Positions 8,537-16,707 of a stretch of 32,000 nucleotides of DNA are shown piece by piece. The DNA is from Delftia acidovorans NBRC 14950 (GTDB lineage: Bacteria; Pseudomonadota; Gammaproteobacteria; Burkholderiales; Burkholderiaceae_C). Within the stretch, counting starts at the first letter, position 1. Every line of letters begins with the position of its first letter. The notes beneath the pieces are model-generated. The model saw only the letters and a list, made by a program, of their open reading frames with translations. It had not been told where the DNA came from and did not search any database. The stretch spans positions 120,001 through 152,000 of the forward strand of contig NZ_BCZP01000006.1 in assembly GCF_001598795.1 (NCBI RefSeq), in the 5' to 3' direction. The position numbers were made by a program, and so were the translations under genes.

Positions 8537-8857
8537 ATTGATAATCAAAAGCTACCGAATGAACGCATTCGGTTGATGCAGGGCACGCCCGAAACCAGCG
8601 CTATTGCCGTATGAAACGGTCCAAACCACCCAGGGAATACGTAAAACCTCCCATTGTAGGTTCCGCATCATGTTCCGAAGTCGCTTCCCCCTCTCGTTTC
8701 GCCCTGGCCTTGACAGGGATGTGGCGCCGTATTTCACAGCCCCTGCAGAAGCGGCAGGATCAAGCCTTGGTGACAGACGAGGTTCCTGCAGCACTACACT
8801 GAAGCATTGACCTGATGCACCTGCCACGCACTGTTGCTTGCGTGCACCCTCATATAT

Positions 8858-9682
8858 ATGCCATCTGCCACCACTCAGCTCCTGGTCATCGACCCTCAGA
8901 ACGACTTCTGCGATCTGCCTGAGGACTGGCGCCCCGGCGGGCAACGTCCCAGCCTTCCCGTGGCGGGCGCACATGCCGACATGCAGCGGCTGGGCGGTTG
9001 GATACGGCGCGAGGGGGCGAAGGTGGACGCCATCACGGTGACGCTGGACTCGCACCAGCGCTACGACATCGCCCATCCGGCTTTCTGGCAACACGGTGAC
9101 GGCGGCGATGTGGCGCCGTTCACCGCGATCACGGCGGCGCAGGTGCGGGCGGGGGTGTTCCGGCCGCGCAACGCCGAGGCATTGCAGCGCAGCCTGGACT
9201 ATCTGGATGCACTCGAAGCCAACAGCCGCTACACGCTGATGGTCTGGCCCGTGCACTGCGAAGTGGGCAGCTGGGGCCACGGTATCCATGCCGATGTGCT
9301 GGCGGCCTGCGGCGACTGGCAGCAGCAGCGCCAGCGCGCCTTGTACAACGTTTTCAAGGGGCTCAATCCCTGGACCGAGCATTACAGCGCGCTGCTGGCC
9401 GAGGTCCCCGACCCGGCCGATCCGGCGACCTTGCTGAATACGGCCTTGCTGGAGCGGCTGGGGCAGGCAGACATACTGGTGGTCGCGGGCGAGGCGAGCA
9501 GTCACTGCGTGCGCTCCACGGTCGAGCATCTGGTCGAGCACCTTCCCCATCCTGAGCGCATCGTGCTGATGCACGACGCCATGAGCCCGGTGCCGGGCTT
9601 CGAGTCCGCGCACCATGATTTCCTGGCAGCGATGCAGGCCCGCGGATTGCGGCTGGCCTCCAGCCAAGAACTCTACCTGTAG
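8858..9682 (+). CDS. Isochorismatase-family cysteine hydrolase, nicotinamidase-like (PncA-type).
   Basis: LLVIDPQNDFC contains the catalytic Asp region and VVAGEASSHCV the catalytic Cys. It lies directly upstream of pncB. The track ORF starts at a TTG (8834); I place the start at the ATG at 8858. Confidence 0.7.
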   Translation: MPSATTQLLVIDPQNDFCDLPEDWRPGGQRPSLPVAGAHADMQRLGGWIRREGAKVDAITVTLDSHQRYDIAHPAFWQHGDGGDVAPFTAITAAQVRAGVFRPRNAEALQRSLDYLDALEANSRYTLMVWPVHCEVGSWGHGIHADVLAACGDWQQQRQRALYNVFKGLNPWTEHYSALLAEVPDPADPATLLNTALLERLGQADILVVAGEASSHCVRSTVEHLVEHLPHPERIVLMHDAMSPVPGFESAHHDFLAAMQARGLRLASSQELYL

Positions 9683-9736
9683 GGGCCGGACCGCCTTCCC
9701 GCGCAGCCCCCTTTCCTGTTTCTCCAGCATCGCACC

Positions 9737-10936
9737 ATGGCTCCCATCATCACCAGCCTGCTCGACACCGATCTCTACAAATTCACGATGTGGCAGGCCA
9801 TGCTGCACCGCAATCCCCAGACCGAGGCCGAGTACGAATTCGTCTGCCGCACAAAGACGGCCTTCCCGCTGGCCGAGCTGCTGCCCGAGGTGGAGCGCGA
9901 GCTGGACGCCCTGTGCGCGCTGCGCTTCACGCCCGAAGACCTGGCCTACCTGGGCGGGCTGCGCTTCATGAAGAGCGACTTCATCGACTTTCTGCGCATC
10001 TTCCAGTTCCAGCGCGCCTTCATCCGTGCCTGGGCCGATGGCGACACCCTGCACATCGAGGCCAAGGGCCCCCAGGTCCATGTGATGGGCTTCGAGATCT
10101 ATGTGCTGGCCATCGTCAACGAGCTGTATTTCCGGCGCTTCGACGCCGAGGCGGCGCTGGCCGAAGGCCGCAGGCGCCTGGCCGGCAAGATCGAGCGCCT
10201 GCGCCACCTGGCCTGCGAGGCCAGGCTGCGCAATCCCTTCGAGCTGTTCGACTTCGGCGTGCGCCGGCGCTTCTCGGGCGCCTGGCAGCGCGAGGTGGTC
10301 CAGGCCTTTGCCACTCAGACGGCGCAGTGGTTCAAGGGCACGTCCAACGTGCTGCTGGCGCGCGACTTCGGCATCGTGCCCATAGGCACCATGGCCCATG
10401 AGTACCTGCAGAGCTACCAGGCCCAGGGCGTGCGCCTGCGCGACTTCCAGATCGCCGCGCTGGAGGACTGGGTGCAGGAGTACCGGGGCGACCTGGGCGT
10501 GGCCCTGACCGACACCGTGGGCATGGATGCCTTCCTGGCCGATTTCGACATGTACTTCGCCAAGCTCTTCGACGGGCTGCGGCACGACTCGGGCGACCCG
10601 TATGCCTGGGGCGAGAAGGCCATCGCCCACTACCAGAAGCTGCGCATAGACCCGCAGGCCAAGCGCCTGGTGTTCTCCGACGGACTGGACCTGGACACGG
10701 CCCTGGCCCTGTACCAGCGCTTTGCCGACCGCATACAGCTGGGCTTCGGCATCGGCACGCGGCTGACCAACGACATGGGGCTGGAGACCATCAACATCGT
10801 GATGAAGCTCACCCACGCCAACGGCCAGCCCGTGGCCAAGATCTCGGACTCGCCGGGCAAGACGCTGTGCAACGACGAAACCTATCTGGCCTATCTGCGC
10901 CAGGTCTTCGGCCTGGCCCAGCCTGTCGCCGTCTGA
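9737..10936 (+). CDS. pncB: Nicotinate phosphoribosyltransferase.
   Basis: The N-terminus [17 protein letters not shown] and the internal GTMAHE and SDSPGK motifs are typical of PncB. 399 aa. Confidence 0.9.
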   Translation: MAPIITSLLDTDLYKFTMWQAMLHRNPQTEAEYEFVCRTKTAFPLAELLPEVERELDALCALRFTPEDLAYLGGLRFMKSDFIDFLRIFQFQRAFIRAWADGDTLHIEAKGPQVHVMGFEIYVLAIVNELYFRRFDAEAALAEGRRRLAGKIERLRHLACEARLRNPFELFDFGVRRRFSGAWQREVVQAFATQTAQWFKGTSNVLLARDFGIVPIGTMAHEYLQSYQAQGVRLRDFQIAALEDWVQEYRGDLGVALTDTVGMDAFLADFDMYFAKLFDGLRHDSGDPYAWGEKAIAHYQKLRIDPQAKRLVFSDGLDLDTALALYQRFADRIQLGFGIGTRLTNDMGLETINIVMKLTHANGQPVAKISDSPGKTLCNDETYLAYLRQVFGLAQPVAV

Positions 10937-10952
10937 CACCGCCTGACACCGC
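10933..10952 (+). repeat. Perfect 10-bp tandem duplication CTGACACCGC x2 spanning the pncB stop codon.
   Basis: Read directly from the sequence: gtCTGACACCGCCTGACACCGCcaagg. Confidence 0.9.
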
Positions 10953-10965
10953 CAAGGCTCCATTC

Positions 10966-12666
10966 ATGCTGCGCATCACCATTGCCCAACTCAACCCCAC
11001 CGTCGGCGACATCGCCGGCAACGTTGCCCGCATGGCCGAGGCCGCTGCCCGCGCCGCGCACGAGCAGGCCGACCTGCTGGTCTTTCCCGAGCTGTCGCTG
11101 TGCGGCTACTACCCTGGCGACCTGCTGGACGAGCCCGCCTTTCGCGAACGCCTGGAGCAAGGCTTGCAGCAGCTGCTGCAGGCCACGCGCCAGTGGCCGC
11201 AATTGCACTGGGTCATCGGCGCGCCCACGCGCGCCAGCGGGCCGGGCAAGCCACTGCACAACAGCCTGCTGGTGCTCAAGGACGGCGCCGTGCGCCTGCG
11301 CTACGACAAGCAGTTGCTGCCCACCTACAACATCTTCGACGAGCGCCGCCACTTCGAGCCCGGCCCCGACGCGGCCAAGGTGCTGCGCATAGGCCAGGCC
11401 CAGGTGGGCTTTCTGGTGTGCGAGGACGGCTGGAACGACGCCGGTGCCGACTACGCCACCAACCCCTTCGCGCGCATGGCCGACGCCGCCCCCGACCTGG
11501 TGGTCAGCATCAACGCCAGCCCCAGCCACCTGGGCAAGCGCGAGCAGCGCCACGAGATCTTTGGCCAGGCGGCCACGCGCCACGGCCTGCCCATCCTCTA
11601 CGTGAACCAGATCGGCGGCCAGGACCAGATCGTGTTCGACGGCGCCTCCTTCGCGGTGGAGCCCGGGCGCGGCGTGGTCTTCGAGGCCGAGCGCTTTGTC
11701 GAAGACCTGCGCACGCTGCAGTTCGACGATGGGCGCTTCCTCGACGCGGCCGGCCAGCCCTGCATGAGCGTGCCGGCCGAAGGCCTGCCCACCATGGAGT
11801 TCTACCGCCGCCAGATCGTGCTGGGCCTGCGCGACTATGCGCGCCGCTGCGGCTTCACGCGCGCGGTGGTCGGCAGCTCGGGCGGCATCGACAGCGCGCT
11901 GACCCTGGCCCTGGCGGCCGAGGCCCTGGGCGCGGACAACGTGGTGGCCGTCACCATGCCCTCGCGCTTTTCGTCGAGCGGCTCGGTGGATGACTCGGTG
12001 ATCCTGTGCCGCAACCTGGGCATCACGCTGCATGAGCACCCGATCCGCGAGCTGGTCGACGGCTATGCGCGCCAGTTCGAGTCCAGCTTCGGCCAGCCGC
12101 TGCAGGGCCTGCCGCTGGAGAACCTGCAGGCACGCATCCGCGGCACCACGCTGATGGAGTACTCCAACGCCTTCGGCCACCTGCTGCTGACCACGGGCAA
12201 CAAGTCCGAGATATCGGTGGGCTACTGCACGCTGTATGGCGACACCAACGGCGGCCTGGGCCTGCTGGGCGATCTGTACAAGACCGAGGTCTTCGAGCTG
12301 TCGCGCCACATCAACCACAGTGCGGGCCGAGAGCTGATTCCCCAGGCCATCATCGACAAGCCGCCCTCGGCCGAGCTGGCGCCCGACCAGAAGGACGAGG
12401 ACAGCCTGCCGCCCTATGCGGTGCTGGACGAAATCCTCAAATACGCCATCGAGGGCCGGCACCTGTCCACCGCCGAATACGGCACGGCCGAGCGCTTTGT
12501 GACCCAGCTGCTGGACCAACCCGGCGGGGCCGAGCTGGTTGACCGCGTCAAGCGCATGATCTTCCGCAGCGAGTACAAGCGCCGCCAGGCCCCGCCCATA
12601 CTGCGCGTGCGCCCGCGCGCCTTCGGTACCGGGCGCCAGATGCCCATTGCCGCCCACTACGAATGA
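10966..12666 (+). CDS. nadE: Glutamine-dependent NAD+ synthetase (nitrilase-type glutaminase domain plus synthetase domain).
   Basis: MLRITIAQLNPTVGD opens a CN-hydrolase domain (LLVFPELSLCGY, FLVCEDGWN). The C-terminal domain has the SGGIDS PP-loop. The start is set at the ATG at 10966, inside the longer track ORF. Confidence 0.9.
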   Translation: MLRITIAQLNPTVGDIAGNVARMAEAAARAAHEQADLLVFPELSLCGYYPGDLLDEPAFRERLEQGLQQLLQATRQWPQLHWVIGAPTRASGPGKPLHNSLLVLKDGAVRLRYDKQLLPTYNIFDERRHFEPGPDAAKVLRIGQAQVGFLVCEDGWNDAGADYATNPFARMADAAPDLVVSINASPSHLGKREQRHEIFGQAATRHGLPILYVNQIGGQDQIVFDGASFAVEPGRGVVFEAERFVEDLRTLQFDDGRFLDAAGQPCMSVPAEGLPTMEFYRRQIVLGLRDYARRCGFTRAVVGSSGGIDSALTLALAAEALGADNVVAVTMPSRFSSSGSVDDSVILCRNLGITLHEHPIRELVDGYARQFESSFGQPLQGLPLENLQARIRGTTLMEYSNAFGHLLLTTGNKSEISVGYCTLYGDTNGGLGLLGDLYKTEVFELSRHINHSAGRELIPQAIIDKPPSAELAPDQKDEDSLPPYAVLDEILKYAIEGRHLSTAEYGTAERFVTQLLDQPGGAELVDRVKRMIFRSEYKRRQAPPILRVRPRAFGTGRQMPIAAHYE

Positions 12667-12712
12667 AGCCAGAGTGAAGCCACCGAGCCTGTTTATGCAA
12701 GAGACTGCTGCC

Positions 12713-13831
12713 ATGGACGCCCCCACCGAAACCCCGGCCACCAGCGAGCGCGTGCACACCGCCGTGCTGATCGGGCGCTTCCAGCCGCTGCACAACGGCC
12801 ACATGGCACTGCTGCGCGCGGCGCTGGAGCGTGCCGAGCAGATCGTCGTCGTGCTGGGCAGCGCCTGGCAGGCGCCCAATCCCAAGAACCCCTTCAGCTG
12901 GCAGGAACGCGCGCAGATGCTGCGCGAGGCGCTGCCGCCCGCGGACGCGGCCCGTCTGCACTGCGTGCCCGTGCGCGACTACTACAACGAGCCGCTGTGG
13001 GTACAGGCCGTGCAGCAGGCCGTGCAGTCCTGCGTGCCCGAAGGCGCCAGCGTGGCCCTGGTCGGCCATTTCAAGGACGCGACCAGCGGCTACCTGGCGC
13101 GCTTTCCGCGCTGGCAGCTGATCAGCCTGCCGCGCCTGGGCCAGTTCGACGCCACGCCGCTGCGTGACATCTACTTCGGCGAATCCGGCGTGGACTTCGA
13201 AGCCCTGGCCGCCCAGGTGCCGCCCGCCACCCTGCAGTTCCTGCGTCAATGGGCCACCACGCCCGTCCATGCGCAGATGTGCGAGGAATGGCGCATGCTG
13301 GCCCGGTACCGCAAGGCCTGGGCTGCGGCGCCCTACCCACCCGTCTTCGTGACCGTGGATGCGCTGCTGCGCTGCCGCGTGCCGCACGAAGACGCGCAAC
13401 AGGACCACATCCTGCTGATACGCCGCGGCCATGCCCCGGGCCTGGGCCTGTGGGCGCTGCCGGGCGGCTTCCTGGAGCCGCGCGACACGCTGTGGCAGTC
13501 CTGCCTGCGCGAGTTGCGCGAGGAGACCTGCTCCACGCTCAGCGAGGCCGACCTGCAGGCGGCCCTGCAGTCCGTGCAGGTCTTCGACCATCCCGACCGC
13601 AGCCTGCGCGGGCGCACCATCACCCATGTGCATTACCTGGACCTGGGCGTGCTGCCCTCGCTGCCGCCCGTGCAGGGCGGCGACGATGCGGCACTGGCGC
13701 GCTGGGTGGCCGTCTGCGACCTGCCCGCCATGGAAAGCGCGTTCTTCGAGGACCATTTCCAGATCCTGCGCCAGTTCCTGCCCCTTCCGGTGCAACAGCC
13801 CCTGGCGGACACGGGCGCGAAAATCGGCTAA
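12713..13831 (+). CDS. nadM: Bifunctional NMN adenylyltransferase / Nudix hydrolase (NadM-Nudix).
   Basis: IGRFQPLHNGH is the nucleotidyltransferase motif. The near-canonical Nudix box is GGFLEPRDTLWQSCLRELREET. The start is ambiguous between ATG 12695 and ATG 12713. Third-codon-position GC rises after 12713, so I chose that one. Confidence 0.85.
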   Translation: MDAPTETPATSERVHTAVLIGRFQPLHNGHMALLRAALERAEQIVVVLGSAWQAPNPKNPFSWQERAQMLREALPPADAARLHCVPVRDYYNEPLWVQAVQQAVQSCVPEGASVALVGHFKDATSGYLARFPRWQLISLPRLGQFDATPLRDIYFGESGVDFEALAAQVPPATLQFLRQWATTPVHAQMCEEWRMLARYRKAWAAAPYPPVFVTVDALLRCRVPHEDAQQDHILLIRRGHAPGLGLWALPGGFLEPRDTLWQSCLRELREETCSTLSEADLQAALQSVQVFDHPDRSLRGRTITHVHYLDLGVLPSLPPVQGGDDAALARWVAVCDLPAMESAFFEDHFQILRQFLPLPVQQPLADTGAKIG

Positions 13832-13839
13832 AACCGGAG

Positions 13840-13874
13840 ATTGCGGCGCCATCTTGCGCCGCAATACCGTTTTT
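13840..13874 (+). terminator. Rho-independent terminator after nadM.
   Basis: Perfect 10-bp stem ATTGCGGCGC / GCGCCGCAAT with a 6-nt loop, followed by ACCGTTTTT. It begins 9 nt after the nadM stop. Confidence 0.8.
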
Positions 13875-13903
13875 CCGGGCTTCCCGTGTTCCCCCGCGAT
13901 TGA

Positions 13904-14395
13904 ATGACTACCACCCTACAAATCCGACCCGCCACCCCCGATGACGCCGAACTTATCGTCCGCTTCGTGCGCGAACTCGCCGTCTATGAAAAAGCCGAGC
14001 ATGAAGTCCTGGCCACGCCAGAGCATGTGAAGCGCACCCTGTTTGCCGACAACCCCGCCGTCTTCGGCCTGATCTGCCTGCATGGCGACCAGCCCGTGGG
14101 CTTTGCGGTCTACTTCTTCAATTACTCGACCTGGCAGGGCCGCCACGGCCTGTACCTCGAAGACCTCTACGTCACGCCCGAGGCGCGCGGCCTGGGCGCG
14201 GGCACGGCGCTGCTGCGCCGCCTGGCGCAGATCGCCGTCGAGAAGGACTGCGGCCGCTTCGAGTGGAGCGTGCTCGACTGGAACCTGCCCTCCATCGAGT
14301 TCTACGACCGCCTGGGCGCCCTGCCCCAGACCGAGTGGATCCGCTACCGCGTGACCGGCGACACCCTGCTGGAGATGGCGCGCGAGCCGGCCTGA
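13904..14395 (+). CDS. GNAT-family N-acetyltransferase (diamine/spermidine acetyltransferase-like).
   Basis: 163 aa. Acetyl-CoA binding motif ARGLGAGTALLRRL. The N-terminus IRPATPDDAELIVRFVRELAVYEK is typical of SSAT-like GNATs. Confidence 0.8.
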   Translation: MTTTLQIRPATPDDAELIVRFVRELAVYEKAEHEVLATPEHVKRTLFADNPAVFGLICLHGDQPVGFAVYFFNYSTWQGRHGLYLEDLYVTPEARGLGAGTALLRRLAQIAVEKDCGRFEWSVLDWNLPSIEFYDRLGALPQTEWIRYRVTGDTLLEMAREPA

Positions 14396-14415
14396 GGCCG
14401 GCCCCCTTTGTCTGC

Positions 14416-15354
14416 CTACTCGGGCTCCACGCCCTGGCGCACGGCCTGCTCGACCACCTCGCGCGTCAGCGTGGGCACGAAGGTCTCGATGAAGGCATAG
14501 GCATAGCCGCGCAGCCAGGCGCCCTTGCGCAGGCCCAGCCGCGTGGTGTTGACCTCGAACAGGTGGCCGGCGTCCAGCGTGCGCAGGCCCTGGTCGCGCT
14601 CGGCATCTAGCGCCACCGAGGCGACGATGCCCACGCCCATGTCCAGCTCCACATAGGTCTTGATCACGTCGGCGTCCATGGCCGTGAGCACCACGTCGGG
14701 CTCCAGGCCCTCGCGCGCAAAGGCCTCGTCGATGTGGGCGCGGCCCGTATAGCCCTGCTCGTAGGTGATGATGGGAAAGCGCGACAGCGCCTCCAGCGTC
14801 AGCGCCTGCTGCGACTGCAGCAGCGGGTGGCCCGGCGGCACGACCACGCCGTGCGTCCAGCGGTAGCAGGGCAGCGCGACCAGGCCTTCATAGCCGGCCA
14901 GCGCCTCGGTAGCCACGCCGATGTCGGCCTCGCCGCTGCGCAGCATCTGCGCCACCTGCTCGGGCGAGCCCTGGTGCAGGTGCAGGCGCACCTGCGGATA
15001 GCGCTGGCGGAAGTCGCGCACCACATGGGGCAGCGCATAGCGGGCCTGGGAGTGGGTGGCGGCAATCGACAGCCGGCCCTGCTCGCTGGCGCTGAAGTCG
15101 GCGCCCACGCGGCGCAGGTTGTCGGCCTCCAGCATCAGGCGCTCGACGATGGGCAGCAGCGCCTCGCCGGGCGGCGTCAGCCCGGTCAGCCGCTTGCCTG
15201 CGCGGATGAAGATCTCCACGCCCAGTTCTTCCTCCAGTTCGCGGATCTGACGGCTCACGCCGGGCTGGGATGTGTGCAGCGTGTGGGCCACCTCGGTCAG
15301 GCTGTAGCCGCGGCGCACGGTTTCGCGCACATAGCGCAGTTGCTGGAAGTTCAT
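14416..15354 (-). CDS. LysR-type transcriptional regulator of the CysB/Cbl family.
   Basis: MNFQQLRYVRETVRRGYSLTEVAHTLHTSQPGVSRQIRELEEELGVEIF follows the CysB/Cbl N-terminal HTH closely. The track start at 15360 is a TTG. The ATG at 15354 is preceded by GGAG 8 nt upstream. Confidence 0.85.
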   Translation of the reverse strand: MNFQQLRYVRETVRRGYSLTEVAHTLHTSQPGVSRQIRELEEELGVEIFIRAGKRLTGLTPPGEALLPIVERLMLEADNLRRVGADFSASEQGRLSIAATHSQARYALPHVVRDFRQRYPQVRLHLHQGSPEQVAQMLRSGEADIGVATEALAGYEGLVALPCYRWTHGVVVPPGHPLLQSQQALTLEALSRFPIITYEQGYTGRAHIDEAFAREGLEPDVVLTAMDADVIKTYVELDMGVGIVASVALDAERDQGLRTLDAGHLFEVNTTRLGLRKGAWLRGYAYAFIETFVPTLTREVVEQAVRQGVEPE

Positions 15355-15441
15355 GGGCAAGGCTCCGCCCGGGGCCGGTGTGGCCCGGGCCTGTGGAAGG
15401 CAAAAGCAGAAAGGAAAGAGAGAGGGGAACGGCGAGAGGCT

Positions 15442-15930
15442 TCAGGCCGAACAGGCCACGGCCGGCTCGTCCGGGGCATCGGCCGCTGCCTCGCGGGGCA
15501 GCTCCAGCAGCTCGATCAGATTGCCTGCGGGGTCGCGCGCATAGCAGCGCCGGCCCTCGCTCACGGGCGCCACCTCCAGCGCCAGGCCGCCGTGCACCAG
15601 CAACTGCTGGCGCAGAGCATCCACGTCGCTGACCGTCAGCGCCAGGTGCACCAGGTTGCCCGCCGCGCGCTCAGTGCCGCCGGACTGCCCCTTGTAGGGC
15701 ACCAGATCGATGCGCTGCCCGCCGGCCAGAAAGCTCAGGCCCGGACGCCCGACAACGGTCAGGGCAGACAGGCCCAGCACTTCGCCATAAAAGCGCTCCA
15801 TGGCCGCCTGGGCGCGCGCCGGGAAGGACAGCTGGACATGGTGGACGCCACAGACGATGGCCACGCCCGGCTTCATGGCAGTGCGGCCGGCAAGAGGGGA
15901 AGGCCAGGCGGGGCGTGTGGTGTGGGTCAT
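15442..15930 (-). CDS. VOC (glyoxalase / bleomycin-resistance / dioxygenase) family protein.
   Basis: GVHHVQLSFPARAQAAMERFYGEVLGL and the C-terminal RCYARDPAGNLIELLE are typical VOC beta-alpha-beta-beta-beta modules. The start is uncertain: ATG 15930, ATG 15876, or the track TTG at 15990. Confidence 0.7.
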   Translation of the reverse strand: MTHTTRPAWPSPLAGRTAMKPGVAIVCGVHHVQLSFPARAQAAMERFYGEVLGLSALTVVGRPGLSFLAGGQRIDLVPYKGQSGGTERAAGNLVHLALTVSDVDALRQQLLVHGGLALEVAPVSEGRRCYARDPAGNLIELLELPREAAADAPDEPAVACSA

Positions 15931-15941
15931 CGAAGCGTCTC

Positions 15942-15971
15942 GGAAAAGAATCAGCAGCCCGAATGCTGCTG
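15942..15971 (-). terminator. Hairpin plus U-tract: candidate terminator of the met operon, or a 5-prime-UTR structure of the VOC gene.
   Basis: On the minus strand, the stem CAGCAGC / GCTGCTG (7 bp, 6-nt loop) is followed by ATTCTTTTCC. It lies 70 nt after the metI stop and 12 nt before the ATG at 15930. Confidence 0.4.
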
Positions 15972-16006
15972 CAGGCCATTGTCGAGACAAGTCGAAAAAA
16001 CCAAAA

Positions 16007-16035
16007 ATAATAAAAATTCAGTCTGTTATTTCCAA
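16007..16035 (-). promoter_or_regulatory. Candidate sigma-70 promoter, TTGGAA-17 nt-TATTAT, inside a roughly 60-bp AT-rich island.
   Basis: Minus-strand read: TTGGAA (16035-16030), a 17-nt spacer, then TATTAT (16012-16007). The motif match was made by eye only. Confidence 0.35.
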
Positions 16036-16041
16036 ATCATC

Positions 16042-16707
16042 TCAAGAGATCGAACGCCGGTGGTCGGCACGGCGCGCCAGCCATTCGCCGCCGAACTGCA
16101 GCACCGACACCAGGGCCACCAGGATGACGATGACCTCGAACATCACGCGCGTCTCATAGCGCTCGTAGCCGTAGCGGATGGCCAGGTCGCCCAGGCCGCC
16201 CGCCCCCACGGCGCCCGCCATGGCCGAGGCATTGACCATGGCGATCACGCTCACGGTCATGCCGCCGATCAGGCCCGGCAGCGCCTCGGGCAGCAGCACC
16301 TGGCGCACGATCTGCGGGCGGCGCAGGCCCATGGCGCGCGCCGCCTCCACCAGGCCGCCGTCCACCTCGCCCAGGCTGACCTGGGCGATGCGCGCAAAGA
16401 ACGGGATCAGGTTGGCCGACAGCGGCACCACCGCCGCCCAGGTGCCCAGCGTGGTGCCCACGATGGCGCGCGTTACCGGCAGCAGGGCCACCAGCAGGAT
16501 GATGAAGGGAATGGCCCGGCCGATGTTCACCGCCGCCGACAGCCCCCGGTACAGCCGCGGCCTGGCATAGAGCCCGCCCGGCGCCGTGGTGTGCAGCACG
16601 ATGGCCAGCGCCAGCCCGGCAACGATGGCGATCAGCGAGGACGCGCCCGCCATCAGCAGGGTTTCCAGAAAGGCCTGCAGGTATTTATCGAGCGGGGGCA
16701 GGGACAT
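16042..16707 (-). CDS. metI: Methionine ABC transporter permease.
   Basis: [19 protein letters not shown]..., about 221 aa, five hydrophobic helices, EAA-type loop [27 protein letters not shown]. The start is set at the ATG at 16707 inside a longer spurious ORF. It overlaps the metN end by 23 nt. Confidence 0.88.
   Translation of the reverse strand: MSLPPLDKYLQAFLETLLMAGASSLIAIVAGLALAIVLHTTAPGGLYARPRLYRGLSAAVNIGRAIPFIILLVALLPVTRAIVGTTLGTWAAVVPLSANLIPFFARIAQVSLGEVDGGLVEAARAMGLRRPQIVRQVLLPEALPGLIGGMTVSVIAMVNASAMAGAVGAGGLGDLAIRYGYERYETRVMFEVIVILVALVSVLQFGGEWLARRADHRRSIS

Noticed and set aside
8538-8548. Palindrome TTGATAATCAA, which resembles part of a Fur box, at the DUF2304 start.
   Set aside because: It is a single 11-bp half-like element that overlaps the start-codon region of a glycan gene and has no iron-related context. 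It is most likely a coincidence in AT-rich sequence.
8551-8565. ops/JUMPstart-like sequence on the minus strand (tTCGGTAGCttt versus the ops core GGCGGTAG) upstream of the glycan operon.
   Set aside because: It matches only 6 of the 8 core positions. It sits about 15 nt from the start codon rather than in a long leader. Whether the host has an RfaH-type antiterminator is also unknown. The match is too weak to call.
8604-8810. Two overlapping small plus-strand ORFs (68 and 63 aa) in the island/backbone spacer.
   Set aside because: They have no ribosome-binding site, no codon bias resembling either flank and no recognisable motifs. They are more likely non-coding promoter DNA.
8552-10963. 803-aa minus-strand ORF spanning the intergenic spacer plus the regions antisense to the nicotinamidase-like gene and pncB.
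   Set aside because: It is a classic high-GC antisense artefact. It is rich in G/A/V/L/Q/H/R, has no recognisable motifs and crosses a non-coding spacer. The plus-strand frames carry clear PncA-like and PncB signatures.
10891-12885. 664-aa minus-strand ORF antisense to nadE.
   Set aside because: Same reasoning. nadE on the plus strand has CN-hydrolase motifs and the SGGIDS motif, while the antisense product is low-complexity and Ala/Gly/Val/Gln-rich.
8858-13831. The idea that the NAD cluster is a counter-defence or defence-linked NAD-replenishment module.
   Set aside because: There are no adjacent SIR2/TIR/NADase-type effectors, phage genes or mobility genes. Composition matches the backbone, so housekeeping salvage is the simpler reading.
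15403-15430. Polypurine tract aaaagcagaaaggaaagagagaggggaa, next to a GCCCGGG/CCCGGGC hairpin, between the VOC gene and the CysB-like gene.
   Set aside because: On the coding (minus) strand it is a pyrimidine tract in an 87-nt spacer. The hairpin has no U-tract and no known motif is recognised. I note it only as spacer structure.
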